The notes: generated by a model from the letters alone, not told the origin. Counted from the first letter of the stretch, positions 18,352 to 28,244 are shown. The stretch: DNA of 64,000 nucleotides from a bacterium (GCA_028685295.1 JAQUEL010000002.1:7559-71558), one strand, 5' to 3'. Numbers and translations: made by a program.

Positions 18352-19668
18352 TTAAGACGCTGCATGGCTTACCCCTATATCGGTGGGTGCCCGACCAAGA
18401 TCTGAAAGAATATTCAGAAGATCGGAGATCTGATTTTCAAGGCTTTCATTCAAATGTGCTCGATCAGGGTAAAGCGTATATTCCCGGCGCAAAGCATCAG
18501 GTGTCAGGCTTATCATAACGGAATTGGCTCCGGCACTCAGGCCCTGCCGACGAGCATCCTTCTCCAGAGTTTCAAAGCTGGTAGTGACGACAATTTTAGC
18601 ATTTCGGGCATCGGCAATACGGGCAACGGCTAATGCCTTAAGCACCTCCACAGCAGCCGGACTATGCGAATTTGCCAATGGCGTCCCCGGATGTGGAATA
18701 AAGGGGCCGAAGGAATACATTTCAGCTTGCAGACTCCTGGTAAGAGAGATATCTCCGAGTATGTCCTCTCTCGTCTGGCCGGGAAGGCCTATAAGCCCTC
18801 CGGTTATAAGCAGATAGCCCATATCGAAAGCAACACGCAGATGCTCCAGACGGCTGTCCAGCCTGCGCCCGGGATGCAACTGCTCATAAAGATGCGGATT
18901 GCTCGTTTCAAACCGCATCAATAATCCTCTGGCACCGGCTTCATACAATCTTTGCACTCCGGGTAGGCCTACCTCACCGCAACTGATAAAGATCAACGCC
19001 GGCTCTCTCTCTCTGATGCCGCTGACTATTTGACAGAGATTATCGATTGAATATGCCGGATCTTCGCCGCTTTGCAGAACCAATGCCTTGAAACCGTACT
19101 TGCTTATGGCTTTGCAAGCGGCTTTCACCACTTCCTCCGGTGTCATCCTGTAAGGCTTCAGCCTCTTGTTACGAGCTGATATGCCGCAATAGCCACAGCT
19201 CTGTCTACAGTAATTGGAAAACTCTATTATGCCGTGGATGCAGCAAGAGTTACCCAGATGCTTATGGCGCAGATAATTGGCCGCCTGCATCAGTCGGGCT
19301 ACATCCTCTTTGCCTTCCAGATTGAGAAGATAAAGCAGATCCTCTTCCGTCACCTCTTCTTCATCGGCAACTATCCGTTCCAATATCAACGACAACCGAT
19401 CGCCGGCTGTTTTATCCATACGCTTGAAACCGGACAGATGCTGGTCTCTCTCCTGGAGTTCAAAGAAGAGCTCTTTCCAGAGTGCCAGCACCTCTTGTGC
19501 CTCGGCATCAGGAACAGCATCTATGACATATCCTCCCTGTGCATAGATATAATCGCCCTCTCTCAGGTTGCTGATCTCATTAACAGCCCGCCGCTGCTCA
19601 CCAAAATAATCTATAATGATGGTACGACCATCAATACTCACTACCCTGCCGGGAATGGAATAACACAT
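18352..19668 (-). CDS. HypC-like domain fused to a HydE-like radical SAM enzyme
   Basis: Residues 1-~67 MCYSIPGRVV...GDYIYAQGGYVI...EAQEVL are HypC/HupF-like. The remainder has IEFSNYCRQSCGYC (CxxxCxxC), VLQSGED, YEQLHP, GPFIPHPGTPL and YTLYPDR, as in the HydE/PylB/BioB subgroup. Confidence 0.85.
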   Translation of the reverse strand: MCYSIPGRVVSIDGRTIIIDYFGEQRRAVNEISNLREGDYIYAQGGYVIDAVPDAEAQEVLALWKELFFELQERDQHLSGFKRMDKTAGDRLSLILERIVADEEEVTEEDLLYLLNLEGKEDVARLMQAANYLRHKHLGNSCCIHGIIEFSNYCRQSCGYCGISARNKRLKPYRMTPEEVVKAACKAISKYGFKALVLQSGEDPAYSIDNLCQIVSGIREREPALIFISCGEVGLPGVQRLYEAGARGLLMRFETSNPHLYEQLHPGRRLDSRLEHLRVAFDMGYLLITGGLIGLPGQTREDILGDISLTRSLQAEMYSFGPFIPHPGTPLANSHSPAAVEVLKALAVARIADARNAKIVVTTSFETLEKDARRQGLSAGANSVMISLTPDALRREYTLYPDRAHLNESLENQISDLLNILSDLGRAPTDIGVSHAAS

Positions 19669-19911
19669 TTCATGCTCCGATATAACTTATGGCTATGCAA
19701 ACATATATAGCTCACTACAAGTAAACTATTTTGCATATTGCTGCAAACAAAGACTTTGTTTATGATCAGCTACCCCCGATACACACCGACATCTTTATAA
19801 CTCTCTCAGAAAAATATGAAAAAGCAATCAATAAAGCCCCATATATGCTAACTCTGCTGAACAAATGTGTCAAGAACTGTTCCCTTGAGTAAGATAGTAC
19901 GGTAAAATGGG

Positions 19912-20604
19912 ATGATGGTCATGAGCTTTTTAGAAATATTTCTCCATATCGATAAACATCTCCATACCATTGTGTCACAGTACGGTACCTGGACCTATTT
20001 TATTCTTTTCCTCATCGTCTTCTGTGAGACGGGGCTGGTGGTAACTCCCTTCCTGCCTGGTGATTGGTTGCTCTTCATAGCCGGCTCTCTGGCTGCGGCC
20101 GGCAGCCTTAAACTAGTGCCGTTGCTTATTATTTTCAATATCGCAGCCATTACCGGCAATGCCGTCAATTACTGGATCGGCTACTCTATCGGGCCGGGCA
20201 TGCTGAGCAAAAAATCTCGTTTTCTTAAACAGGAATATCTGGATAGAACCCACCAGTTTTATGAACGTTACGGCGGCAGGACCATCATCATAGCCAGATT
20301 CGTACCCATAATCAGAACCTTTGCGCCTTTCATGGCTGGAGTAGGGCAGATGACACCCTGGCGCTTTACCTATTACAATATCCTGGGCAGTATATCCTGG
20401 GTGATGATCTTTATACTGGGCGGCTATTACTTCAGCAATCTGCCGCTGATAAAAAACAATCTCTCGATCGTCGTTATTTTCATAACTCTCTTTTCCGTGG
20501 CGCCTATTGCTATGGATCTTCTGAAGCGAAGAAAAGAAACCGCTCGGTTAAAAAAACAGGCGGCTGTACCAACAGCTGCCAGGCCGGATCGAGACGAGGG
20601 ATAA
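19912..20604 (+). CDS. DedA family (VTT domain) membrane protein
   Basis: FCETGLVVTPFLPGD, GNAVNYWIG and ARFVPIIRTFAPFMAG. Confidence 0.93.
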   Translation: MMVMSFLEIFLHIDKHLHTIVSQYGTWTYFILFLIVFCETGLVVTPFLPGDWLLFIAGSLAAAGSLKLVPLLIIFNIAAITGNAVNYWIGYSIGPGMLSKKSRFLKQEYLDRTHQFYERYGGRTIIIARFVPIIRTFAPFMAGVGQMTPWRFTYYNILGSISWVMIFILGGYYFSNLPLIKNNLSIVVIFITLFSVAPIAMDLLKRRKETARLKKQAAVPTAARPDRDEG

Positions 20605-20610
20605 AGATCC

Positions 20611-22433
20611 TTACATTTCTACTCGGGTCACAACCCCCTGTATCTTGCCTGCAGGCAATTTATAAAACTGGACGAAAGTCGGTGCCAAACGTTTGAGCAT
20701 AGCAAAAACCGTCCAGAAAAAGTTATTGGTAGTTATATCTTCCACACCATAGAAAATGACTCTCTCCTCAATATCGTTCTGCTTCAGCAGGCTCTCTATA
20801 TCCAGAACCTCCCTGTAGCCGGCCCAGAACTCCAGAAGATCCATACCGGAAGCCCTATTGCGGTAGATTTCCGTTGTCAAGCCGTAAGGTTCGTCGGTCC
20901 TACGGACGGAGACCAGAATATTTCTGTCATAGATAATACCGCTATCCAGAATACAGTGCACCAGATATGGATGCACGATATCGACTGTTCTATTAAAGAA
21001 CAATGCCGCGCCCTCAAGCCTCTTCCCCTTCTCATATAATTTTTCATAGCGGCGTATGAAACTCTTCATATCCATGGGGCACATAGCATGGTAAAGTGCC
21101 TTCTGCCCACTAGTCCAGATCAGGATGGTAGCCAGAGGAATAGCAGCCAGAATCAGGGACCAGTAACCTCCATGACTGAGCTTGTTAAGGTTGGCAATCA
21201 GAAAGACGGCATCAACCACTGTCACCATAGCTGCAACAGGCGCCTTCCAGGAAGATGAGCGAGAGAAGATCATGGTCATCATTATCCCGGTTATAGTATT
21301 GTTCCTGTAACGGCCAGGCCATAAGCAGCCGCCAAATTTTCCGATCGGCGAAAAACAAGCATAATAAAAACAACAGCTACCATGAGGGACCAATTAACGG
21401 AACCTAGGTATATTTGCGATTTAAGCTTGCTGGAAGTATAGCTTATTCTCAACCAGGGCATGATACGAGTGGTAATTCCCTGATAAACTATGGAATAGAC
21501 ACCGCTGATCAAGGACTGGGAAGCAATGACAGTGGCAAGGATAGTCAGTATCAGAGTAGGTATGTAGAGTATATTCAACTCCTCGCGGAACATACCGAAG
21601 AGGATGTTCTGTGCTTCGGGATGCCGCAGGATAAAGGCACCCTGCCCAAGGTAATTGATAACCAGGGCAAGGAAGACGAAATACCAGGCCCTGATTATCG
21701 GACGTTTCCCCAGGTGTCCCATATCGGCATACAAAGCCTCCCCGCCGGTAGCACAAAGTATGACTTCCGAGAGAATCAATCCACCGGCAATTCCGTTATG
21801 CATAAGGAAGCTTAAAGCGTATAAAGGATTTACCGCCTTGATTACCCCGGGCAGGCTCTGTATGGAGATTATTCCGGAGACAGCTAAGGTTATGAACCAT
21901 ATCACCATCAACGGCCCAAATGCTCCGGCCACTTTATCCGTTCCCTTGTATTGGAAGAAAAAGAGGCTGATGGCTATCAATGCGGCAATAAGAATAATCA
22001 TCCATTGATGCATGCCGGCCAGGCCGGGTACCAGGCGCATACCTTCAACAGCGGAGAGAATAGTTATGGCCGGCGTTATGACGCCGTCTCCCAGTATCAA
22101 CGATATCCCCAGAAAGGATAAAAAGCCGACAAAGGCTATCTGCCGGTTGCTTTTCAGGAGTTTGACCAGAATCTCTTTGAGAACAACAGTTCCTCCCTGT
22201 CCATCTTGCTCCAAACTCATGGCCAGCCAGGCATACTCAATGGTAACTAGAAGAATTAGAGTCCAGACGATCAGCGACAGTATACCGAAAACGTTGCTCT
22301 CTGTAGGCTTTATCAAAGCCATGATAACCGTCAAGGTATATATGGGACTGGTACCGATATCGCCAAAGACCAACCCCATAGCTTTGACGATACCCTCCCA
22401 AAAAGAGTACCCCTCATTCCTGTGCCGAGACAT
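20611..22433 (-). pseudogene. kup: KUP/HAK/KT potassium transporter split by a 1-nt frameshift (true pseudogene or sequencing error)
   Basis: ORF 21291-22433 carries GDIGTSPIY, GDGVITPAI, TGGEALYADMGH and AAAYGLAVTG. ORF 20611-21393 continues in another frame (TITGIMM...KLSHGGY). One base is missing between 21298 and 21297. Confidence 0.85.
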
Positions 22434-22523
22434 GCCTATTCTTGATTACCGCCTATTTTCACTTAATACGGGGATTTGATAGCCTTACTAATCTATCATA
22501 AAGAGAGGAGCAACTCAATACTT

Positions 22524-23237
22524 TCAGAATTTATTCAAATAGCCGTCCACCTCACCGCTGATGATTACTCTTCTTTCCTGAAGGGCCAGCTTTCTAATGC
22601 GCATGGTAAAGGGGAGACTGGAAGCATCAAAAACGGGATTGTAACTTGCGAGAATCTTTTCTGCCAGCTTAGGAGGAAGAGGCAGCTTGCTGACATGAAG
22701 TTCGGTAAGATGGAAACTTACCTGTTGCTCGTTATCAGGTGCAAGGTAACCATTAGCGGTTATGCGTACTCTCAGCCCGGATATGGAACGTAAAGTAGAT
22801 AGGGTCAGACCACTCTCTTTGACCGTTACATCGGCCTGATCATCGTATTTACTGCGTAAGAAATCACGAAGATCGTCCTGGTCCAACTCAATTTGAAAAG
22901 TAGTTTCAGCAACGCTGTTAACAGCCCTTTGCTGCATATCTGCCTTGATATGCCTGGCATCGATAACCATATGCTTAATAACGGGCATATCTTTCGGCCG
23001 TACCCTGGTGCCTTCGATATGAATACGACCTACCTTTCCCCTGAGAAGAGAGAATGCCGAGGTATCTGCAAGATGAACCTCATAGTTATCAGCAGGACCG
23101 ATAGCTGACGGCAGCTTAGCCTTTATCTGCGCCTCAATGCAACCGGTAATAGGGCCGCAACCGGATTCTGCTACCAATGCAGCCAAGCCGGTAAGAATGG
23201 CAAAACCCATTAAAGCCTTACCTGACGCTAATCTCAT
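22524..23237 (-). CDS. DUF2993/LmeA-like protein
   Basis: N-terminal hydrophobic anchor; LLRGKVGRIHIEG and beta-rich repeats typical of DUF2993. Confidence 0.7.
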   Translation of the reverse strand: MRLASGKALMGFAILTGLAALVAESGCGPITGCIEAQIKAKLPSAIGPADNYEVHLADTSAFSLLRGKVGRIHIEGTRVRPKDMPVIKHMVIDARHIKADMQQRAVNSVAETTFQIELDQDDLRDFLRSKYDDQADVTVKESGLTLSTLRSISGLRVRITANGYLAPDNEQQVSFHLTELHVSKLPLPPKLAEKILASYNPVFDASSLPFTMRIRKLALQERRVIISGEVDGYLNKF

Positions 23238-23247
23238 CTTTTATCTT

Positions 23248-24489
23248 TCACTTCTTTTCCGGAGTTTTTATTTCAGGAACGCCCCACCTATAGCCTGCAG
23301 CAAGCTTACGCTGGACATTAGCCTGAATCTTATCATCAACCACTTTATCTCTTACTTGAGTTCTAACCTCTTTCAGGCTTTTCAAACGAGCTGGAATACA
23401 CTTTTCCATTTTTATTACATGATACCCAAACTTAGTCTTCACTATATCGCTGACCTGATTTTCTTTGAGAGCAAAGGCAGCCCGATCAAATTCCGGTACC
23501 ATTTGCCCTCTTGGGAAGAGTCCCAGACTGCCACCTGTTTCTTGCGTTCCCTTATCGATAGAGACTTTACTCGCCAAAGCAGCAAAGTCTTCGCCTTTTT
23601 TCAATCTCTCCAATACTCTTACTGCCGCCGCCCTATTGCTTAACAGAATGTGCCTGGCCTGAATCTTTTTCGGCTCCATGTAGAGATCCTTATGAGCGTT
23701 ATAATAAGCTTCGATCTCCGCTTCGGAAACCTGTATTTTGTCAGCCAAACACTTCTCCCACTCCTGACCTCTATTCCTCAACTTATATATAGGAACACCT
23801 ATGCGGCAATCGCCCTTTAACAGCCTGGAATAATTGCCAAAGGCCGGAGAGCAATCACCTTCATCTATACATTGCTTCCATAGCTTTTTAGTTTCCTCTA
23901 TGCGGCCAAGCCTCTCTAAGGTATGCGCTACCATATGGCGTACATAATGAGGATGATCTTTAATAGCATAGGCAGCCTTAATTTCCGGCAGCGCTCGCTG
24001 GTAATCCAGCTGCCGGTCAAAGCGGTTCCAGCCGAGCTCGAAGTGCAGATCATAAATATGAGGGTTATACCTGATGCCTTTTTCCAGGAATTCATCTCCT
24101 TGCCGGATCATCTGCTCTTTTACTTTTACACTGGAAGCCGGTACACTTATATTATATGCGAAATGCCAGGCGCCGACAGACCAGACTTGAATGAATTTGG
24201 GATCAAGACGGGCTACAAGGTCTATTGTGGGCACTAGACGCTGCCAATCTCCGGAATGAAAGAAGGAATCCATCGTTACCCAGAGATAATCGGCTGTAAT
24301 CTCCCTGAAAGCGCCTACCAGGCCGCCCAGAACCTGATCAGACGGAGATAGATTCTCCGGCAGCATATCATATTTGATACGGTCGGTTTCAATATCTTTT
24401 TTGACAAATACAGTTATGATAAAAATGCCGACCAAAACCAACAGATAAAATTTCTGCGCTTTACTTATGTTCCTTGACAGGCCCCTCAT
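23248..24489 (-). CDS. Membrane-anchored TPR-like (PilG/XapA-like) protein fused to a parvulin-type PPIase
   Basis: N-terminal TM; ADYLW..., LDPKF...GAW..AYN and GIRYNP helical domain; C-terminal ARHILL..GGSLG..MVPEFD.AAF..TKFGYHVIK PpiC domain. Confidence 0.72.
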   Translation of the reverse strand: MRGLSRNISKAQKFYLLVLVGIFIITVFVKKDIETDRIKYDMLPENLSPSDQVLGGLVGAFREITADYLWVTMDSFFHSGDWQRLVPTIDLVARLDPKFIQVWSVGAWHFAYNISVPASSVKVKEQMIRQGDEFLEKGIRYNPHIYDLHFELGWNRFDRQLDYQRALPEIKAAYAIKDHPHYVRHMVAHTLERLGRIEETKKLWKQCIDEGDCSPAFGNYSRLLKGDCRIGVPIYKLRNRGQEWEKCLADKIQVSEAEIEAYYNAHKDLYMEPKKIQARHILLSNRAAAVRVLERLKKGEDFAALASKVSIDKGTQETGGSLGLFPRGQMVPEFDRAAFALKENQVSDIVKTKFGYHVIKMEKCIPARLKSLKEVRTQVRDKVVDDKIQANVQRKLAAGYRWGVPEIKTPEKK

Positions 24490-24491
24490 GC

Positions 24492-25253
24492 TTACACTTC
24501 CTTTTCCTGGAAGAACATGCCGGCAACTATCAATAGCGCCGCCGAAAGTAGAAGGCCGTAGATCATAGCCTTAAAGATGTAAACCCACGGTACAGCTTCA
24601 TTATGCAAAACCTGGGATCTGATGTTAAAGACCTCAAAATTCGGTATCAGGTAACCAAAGCCTTTAACCGCAGCCTTGAGCAGCGGTGAATCCGAGCGTC
24701 CGCCCAGATATTGCAGTGAATCGGATGAACTGCCAAGAATATAGAAGAAAATAGTCAGCACCACACTAAGAGTGGAGGACGTAAAAGTCGAGAAGGTCAC
24801 GGCCATAGCCAGAACTACCAGAAGTTCAAAAAAGGTCAAAATTATAGCCAGGGCGGTAATAAGCGACAAGGTATGCTCCTTAAAGAATACCAGGCCCATA
24901 AAAACCAGACCCATGAGTAAAACCATAATCAGCACCGCCAGTGCCGCACCCAGATATTTACCTACAACTACTTCCAGGCGCCTGACAGGTTTTGATAAAA
25001 TGGTATAAATAATGCGCTTCTCTATCTCCGTCGGTATCAATGACATACCCAGAAATGTGGCTATAAGCAGACCAAAAACAAGCATGCCGGTTAGGCCCAC
25101 GTCCTTGACCATGCGTATCTCTTCGCCGCCGGAAAAATAGGTGAAAAGAAGAGAGCTGCCGATAAAAATAAAGGCGAAGACCAGAAGAACCAGAAGAACC
25201 TTCTTCCTGATGGCTTCCTTGAAGGTGGCCATGGCTAAAGCTACTGCCTTCAA
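24492..25253 (-). CDS. ABC-2 type permease (PilI-like)
   Basis: TFKEAIRKK, EIEKRIIYTILSKPVRR..VVGKYLG; about six TM segments. Confidence 0.85.
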   Translation of the reverse strand: MKAVALAMATFKEAIRKKVLLVLLVFAFIFIGSSLLFTYFSGGEEIRMVKDVGLTGMLVFGLLIATFLGMSLIPTEIEKRIIYTILSKPVRRLEVVVGKYLGAALAVLIMVLLMGLVFMGLVFFKEHTLSLITALAIILTFFELLVVLAMAVTFSTFTSSTLSVVLTIFFYILGSSSDSLQYLGGRSDSPLLKAAVKGFGYLIPNFEVFNIRSQVLHNEAVPWVYIFKAMIYGLLLSAALLIVAGMFFQEKEV

Positions 25254-26185
25254 CTTTCCTTACCTCCCTTGACGATGGAAACAAAGAGATCTTCCAGTGA
25301 CCGACGCCGATCAGTCATCGATACCAGGACCGCATTGTCGTTACTACGAACAATATCTATAACCTTATCCGCATGGATACGGCTGCCTACAGTCACCAGG
25401 GCTTCCTGGCTATCCAGAACCGATATGTCGACAGCCGCCTCTTTGATGCGGCTTAACAATTCCTCATTGAATCCCCTTACAACCATTTCCAACTCGCCCT
25501 CTATGCTGAGAAGCTCCTCCATTGTGCCCATGCGTAACAGGTTTCCCTTATGGATAACAGCTACACGGTCACAGACCATTTCAACCTCATTCAACAGGTG
25601 AGAACAGTAAAGGATACTCTTTCCTTCCTTCTTTAACCTGAGAACCAGATCTCTGATCTCGATACGGCCTAAAGGGTCCAACCCGGATGTGGGTTCATCC
25701 AATATCAAGAGTTTAGGATCACTGACCAAGGCCTGCGCCAGACCCACACGCTGCAGCATTCCCTTAGAGAATTTGCGCAGCTGCAGCTTGCGTGCGCCGG
25801 AAAGTCCCACTATCTCCAGAAGCTCATCCGACCTACGCTTTATTTTAGCGGGATCCAGGCCGGAGAGCTTGCCGTAAAACGATAAAAGCTCCTCGGGAGT
25901 AAGAAAATCGTAGTAATAAGGGCCTTCTGGAAGATAACCGATAAGATTCTTGACGCCAACATCTCCTGCAGGCCTATCATATATCCAGGCTCTGCCTTTG
26001 GAAGGCCTGTACAGACCTAAAAGAAGCTTAATAGTAGTGGTCTTTCCTGCTCCGTTAGGCCCCACAAACCCAAAGGTCTCTCCATCGGATATACTTATAT
26101 TCAAATCATTAAGGATGACTGTCTTGTTACCCCAGAAGTTGAGATAATACTTAGTCAATCCCTCGGTCCTGACTACATCAGCCAA
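25250..26185 (-). CDS. ABC transporter ATP-binding protein (PilH-like)
   Basis: GPNGAGKTT, FSKGMLQR, LILDEPTSGLD. Start set at TTG 26185 after GGAGGT. Confidence 0.92.
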   Translation of the reverse strand: MADVVRTEGLTKYYLNFWGNKTVILNDLNISISDGETFGFVGPNGAGKTTTIKLLLGLYRPSKGRAWIYDRPAGDVGVKNLIGYLPEGPYYYDFLTPEELLSFYGKLSGLDPAKIKRRSDELLEIVGLSGARKLQLRKFSKGMLQRVGLAQALVSDPKLLILDEPTSGLDPLGRIEIRDLVLRLKKEGKSILYCSHLLNEVEMVCDRVAVIHKGNLLRMGTMEELLSIEGELEMVVRGFNEELLSRIKEAAVDISVLDSQEALVTVGSRIHADKVIDIVRSNDNAVLVSMTDRRRSLEDLFVSIVKGGKES

Positions 26186-26367
26186 AGGGACAGCACCTCC
26201 CCCCAAAGATGACACCATCCACATAAGGCCCTAGCCCGCAGCATATACTACACCCGGGCATCAGAGCTATGTAATGACAAGCAAAAGTGTACTATCAGAC
26301 CTATCCTTTGTCAATAAGAAGCTGCCATGGGCCTGATGGTCCGTCAAGCCGCAAGTAATATATCCGC

Positions 26368-27405
26368 TTATTTGGTTAAAGTTACCTTGCGCAGGGAGCG
26401 CGGCTTATCAGGATCATATCCCTTGGAATATGAAAGATAATAAGCGAATAGCTGCCCCGCTACTATACCTACTAATGGAGACAGGCCCTCGTCCGCAATG
26501 GCAGGAAGACGAAAAGCCGTCTTGCCTAGATCCAGAGCCTCCGGCATATCGGAGATGACAATGGTTTCCGCCTTACGCTCATTAAGATCTTTCGTCAGTT
26601 GCAGCATATTGGGATATGTACGTCCTGATAAGGCAAAGAGTATGACGGGGAAACCCTCTTCCACTAATGCAATAGGTCCGTGCATAAGATCAGCGGCTGA
26701 GAAAGGTTCTGCTACCACATAACAGGTCTCCTTAAGCTTCAACGCCATTTCCAATGCTGTGGCATAATTCATTCCTCTGCCTATTACCATGCACTCATTC
26801 ATATATCGATACCGCTCACAACCGCACTCTATATCTTTCTCCGTCTCAAAGAGACGCTCCATTTTTTCACCGACACTCGCCAAGCGGCCTACCGCCTCCT
26901 TATCTCCCTTGAGCAACGAAGATAAAAGGTAAAAGATGGCCAGTTGCGACGTATACGTCTTCGTGGCGGCTACGCTAAGCTCTTTGCCTGCTCTGCAGTA
27001 AACCGCTCTCTCTGCCGCTACTGCCAGAGGCGAGCCCTCTTCATTGGTAATAGCTATCGTCATTGCTCCCTTTTGACGAGCATTCTCCACTACACTGATA
27101 ACATCCGGGGCTGCACCGGATTGGGATACGCCGATTATCAAGGTATTATCCATCCTTATATCAGCTTCGTAAAGAGTAAAAAGGGATGGTGCAGCCATGG
27201 CCACCGGTAGGCCGTTGTTTATCTGAAAAAGATACTTGGCATAGGTAGAGGCATTATCCGAGGTGCCCCTGGCAGCGATAATTATAAAACGTATATCCCT
27301 GGCCTTTATTTCCTCGCAGATAGAAGCTATGCCGGCTTCCTCCTGCTTGATAATCTGCTGCAGCACCTTAGGTTGCTCGTGAATCTCCTGTACCATCAAA
27401 TGCAT
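26368..27405 (-). CDS. Double-SIS sugar-phosphate isomerase/deaminase (GlmS C-terminal-like, probable NagB-II type)
   Basis: ARGTSDNA, SQSG, VAATKTY, ALKLKE, HGP and DKPRSLRKVT; no glutaminase domain. Confidence 0.85.
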   Translation of the reverse strand: MHLMVQEIHEQPKVLQQIIKQEEAGIASICEEIKARDIRFIIIAARGTSDNASTYAKYLFQINNGLPVAMAAPSLFTLYEADIRMDNTLIIGVSQSGAAPDVISVVENARQKGAMTIAITNEEGSPLAVAAERAVYCRAGKELSVAATKTYTSQLAIFYLLSSLLKGDKEAVGRLASVGEKMERLFETEKDIECGCERYRYMNECMVIGRGMNYATALEMALKLKETCYVVAEPFSAADLMHGPIALVEEGFPVILFALSGRTYPNMLQLTKDLNERKAETIVISDMPEALDLGKTAFRLPAIADEGLSPLVGIVAGQLFAYYLSYSKGYDPDKPRSLRKVTLTK

Positions 27406-27649
27406 TTGATTTGCCTTCCTTTGCTTGTTTTTGCTACCAAGCTACATCATAGCAGAAAACATGCCCTGTATTCAAGCGGTACTCCACACTCTCCGCAGAT
27501 CGTTACCGACCTCTTCTCTCGCGCTCCAAACCGCAATTTTACCTTGACTTGCAAGCGCACTCCAGGCTGCTTTCAGCATTACAACAGAAAAAGTCCTATG
27601 CAGGAGTAGCCCTGCATACCGGCGAATAATTAAGCAGGAGGAGCAATAT

Positions 27650-28177
27650 ATGAAACTGCTTCATGAATATCGTCGGGGCTTCACCCTGATAGAACTTCTC
27701 GTTATCCTGGCCGTTATCGCCATGCTGATAGCTATAGTCATGCCGGTATTCAGCAAGGTTAAGGCTCGATCTCGTCAGACTCAATGTATCTCCAATCTCC
27801 ATGCCATAGGACAGGCTCTAGCTATATACAGAATTGATTTCAAGGGGTATCCTCCAAGAAACAATACGAATTACAACAGCGTAAACGGCTTTTTGGCCCT
27901 AGCTGACCCTGATATCTACAGACCTAACCCGCCTTATCTTAATGATAAAAAGGCCTTTATCTGCCCTTCTGATGACAATGGCAGCACAGTAAGAGATGCG
28001 GTTGAAGAGAAGTACTCCTCGTATTCCTACGATCCCAATTATCCAGGTTTATTTACTTCTCTGACATACAACAAAGATGTAGGCGGCAACACTCCGGCAG
28101 CTCTATGCCCTAAATCCAGGCATGGCGTAGTGATTGAACTGAAAGTAAATGGAGAAGTCATTCTTAATAGAGAGTAA
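27650..28177 (+). CDS. Prepilin-type N-terminal cleavage/methylation protein (DUF1559-like)
   Basis: RRG|FTLIELLV..., CISNLHAIGQAL, FICPSD. Confidence 0.88.
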   Translation: MKLLHEYRRGFTLIELLVILAVIAMLIAIVMPVFSKVKARSRQTQCISNLHAIGQALAIYRIDFKGYPPRNNTNYNSVNGFLALADPDIYRPNPPYLNDKKAFICPSDDNGSTVRDAVEEKYSSYSYDPNYPGLFTSLTYNKDVGGNTPAALCPKSRHGVVIELKVNGEVILNRE

Positions 28178-28244
28178 ATAGGAGTTAGGCCTACACTCTT
28201 GGCACTACCCTAAGACTCTCGTATATAGATTTATGAGGATGCGG

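Noticed and set aside
18352-19668. Radical SAM gene as biotin synthase or PylB
   Set aside because: HydE-type LQSGED, YxxLHP, GPFIPHP and YxLY motifs fit better, and no bio or pyl genes are nearby. Phylogeny is still needed.
20611-21393. Independent 260-aa gene
   Set aside because: It is the out-of-frame C-terminal part of kup.
27406-27649. glmS ribozyme upstream of the SIS gene
   Set aside because: An AGCGC is present but the GACGAGG core and the remaining pairing are not.
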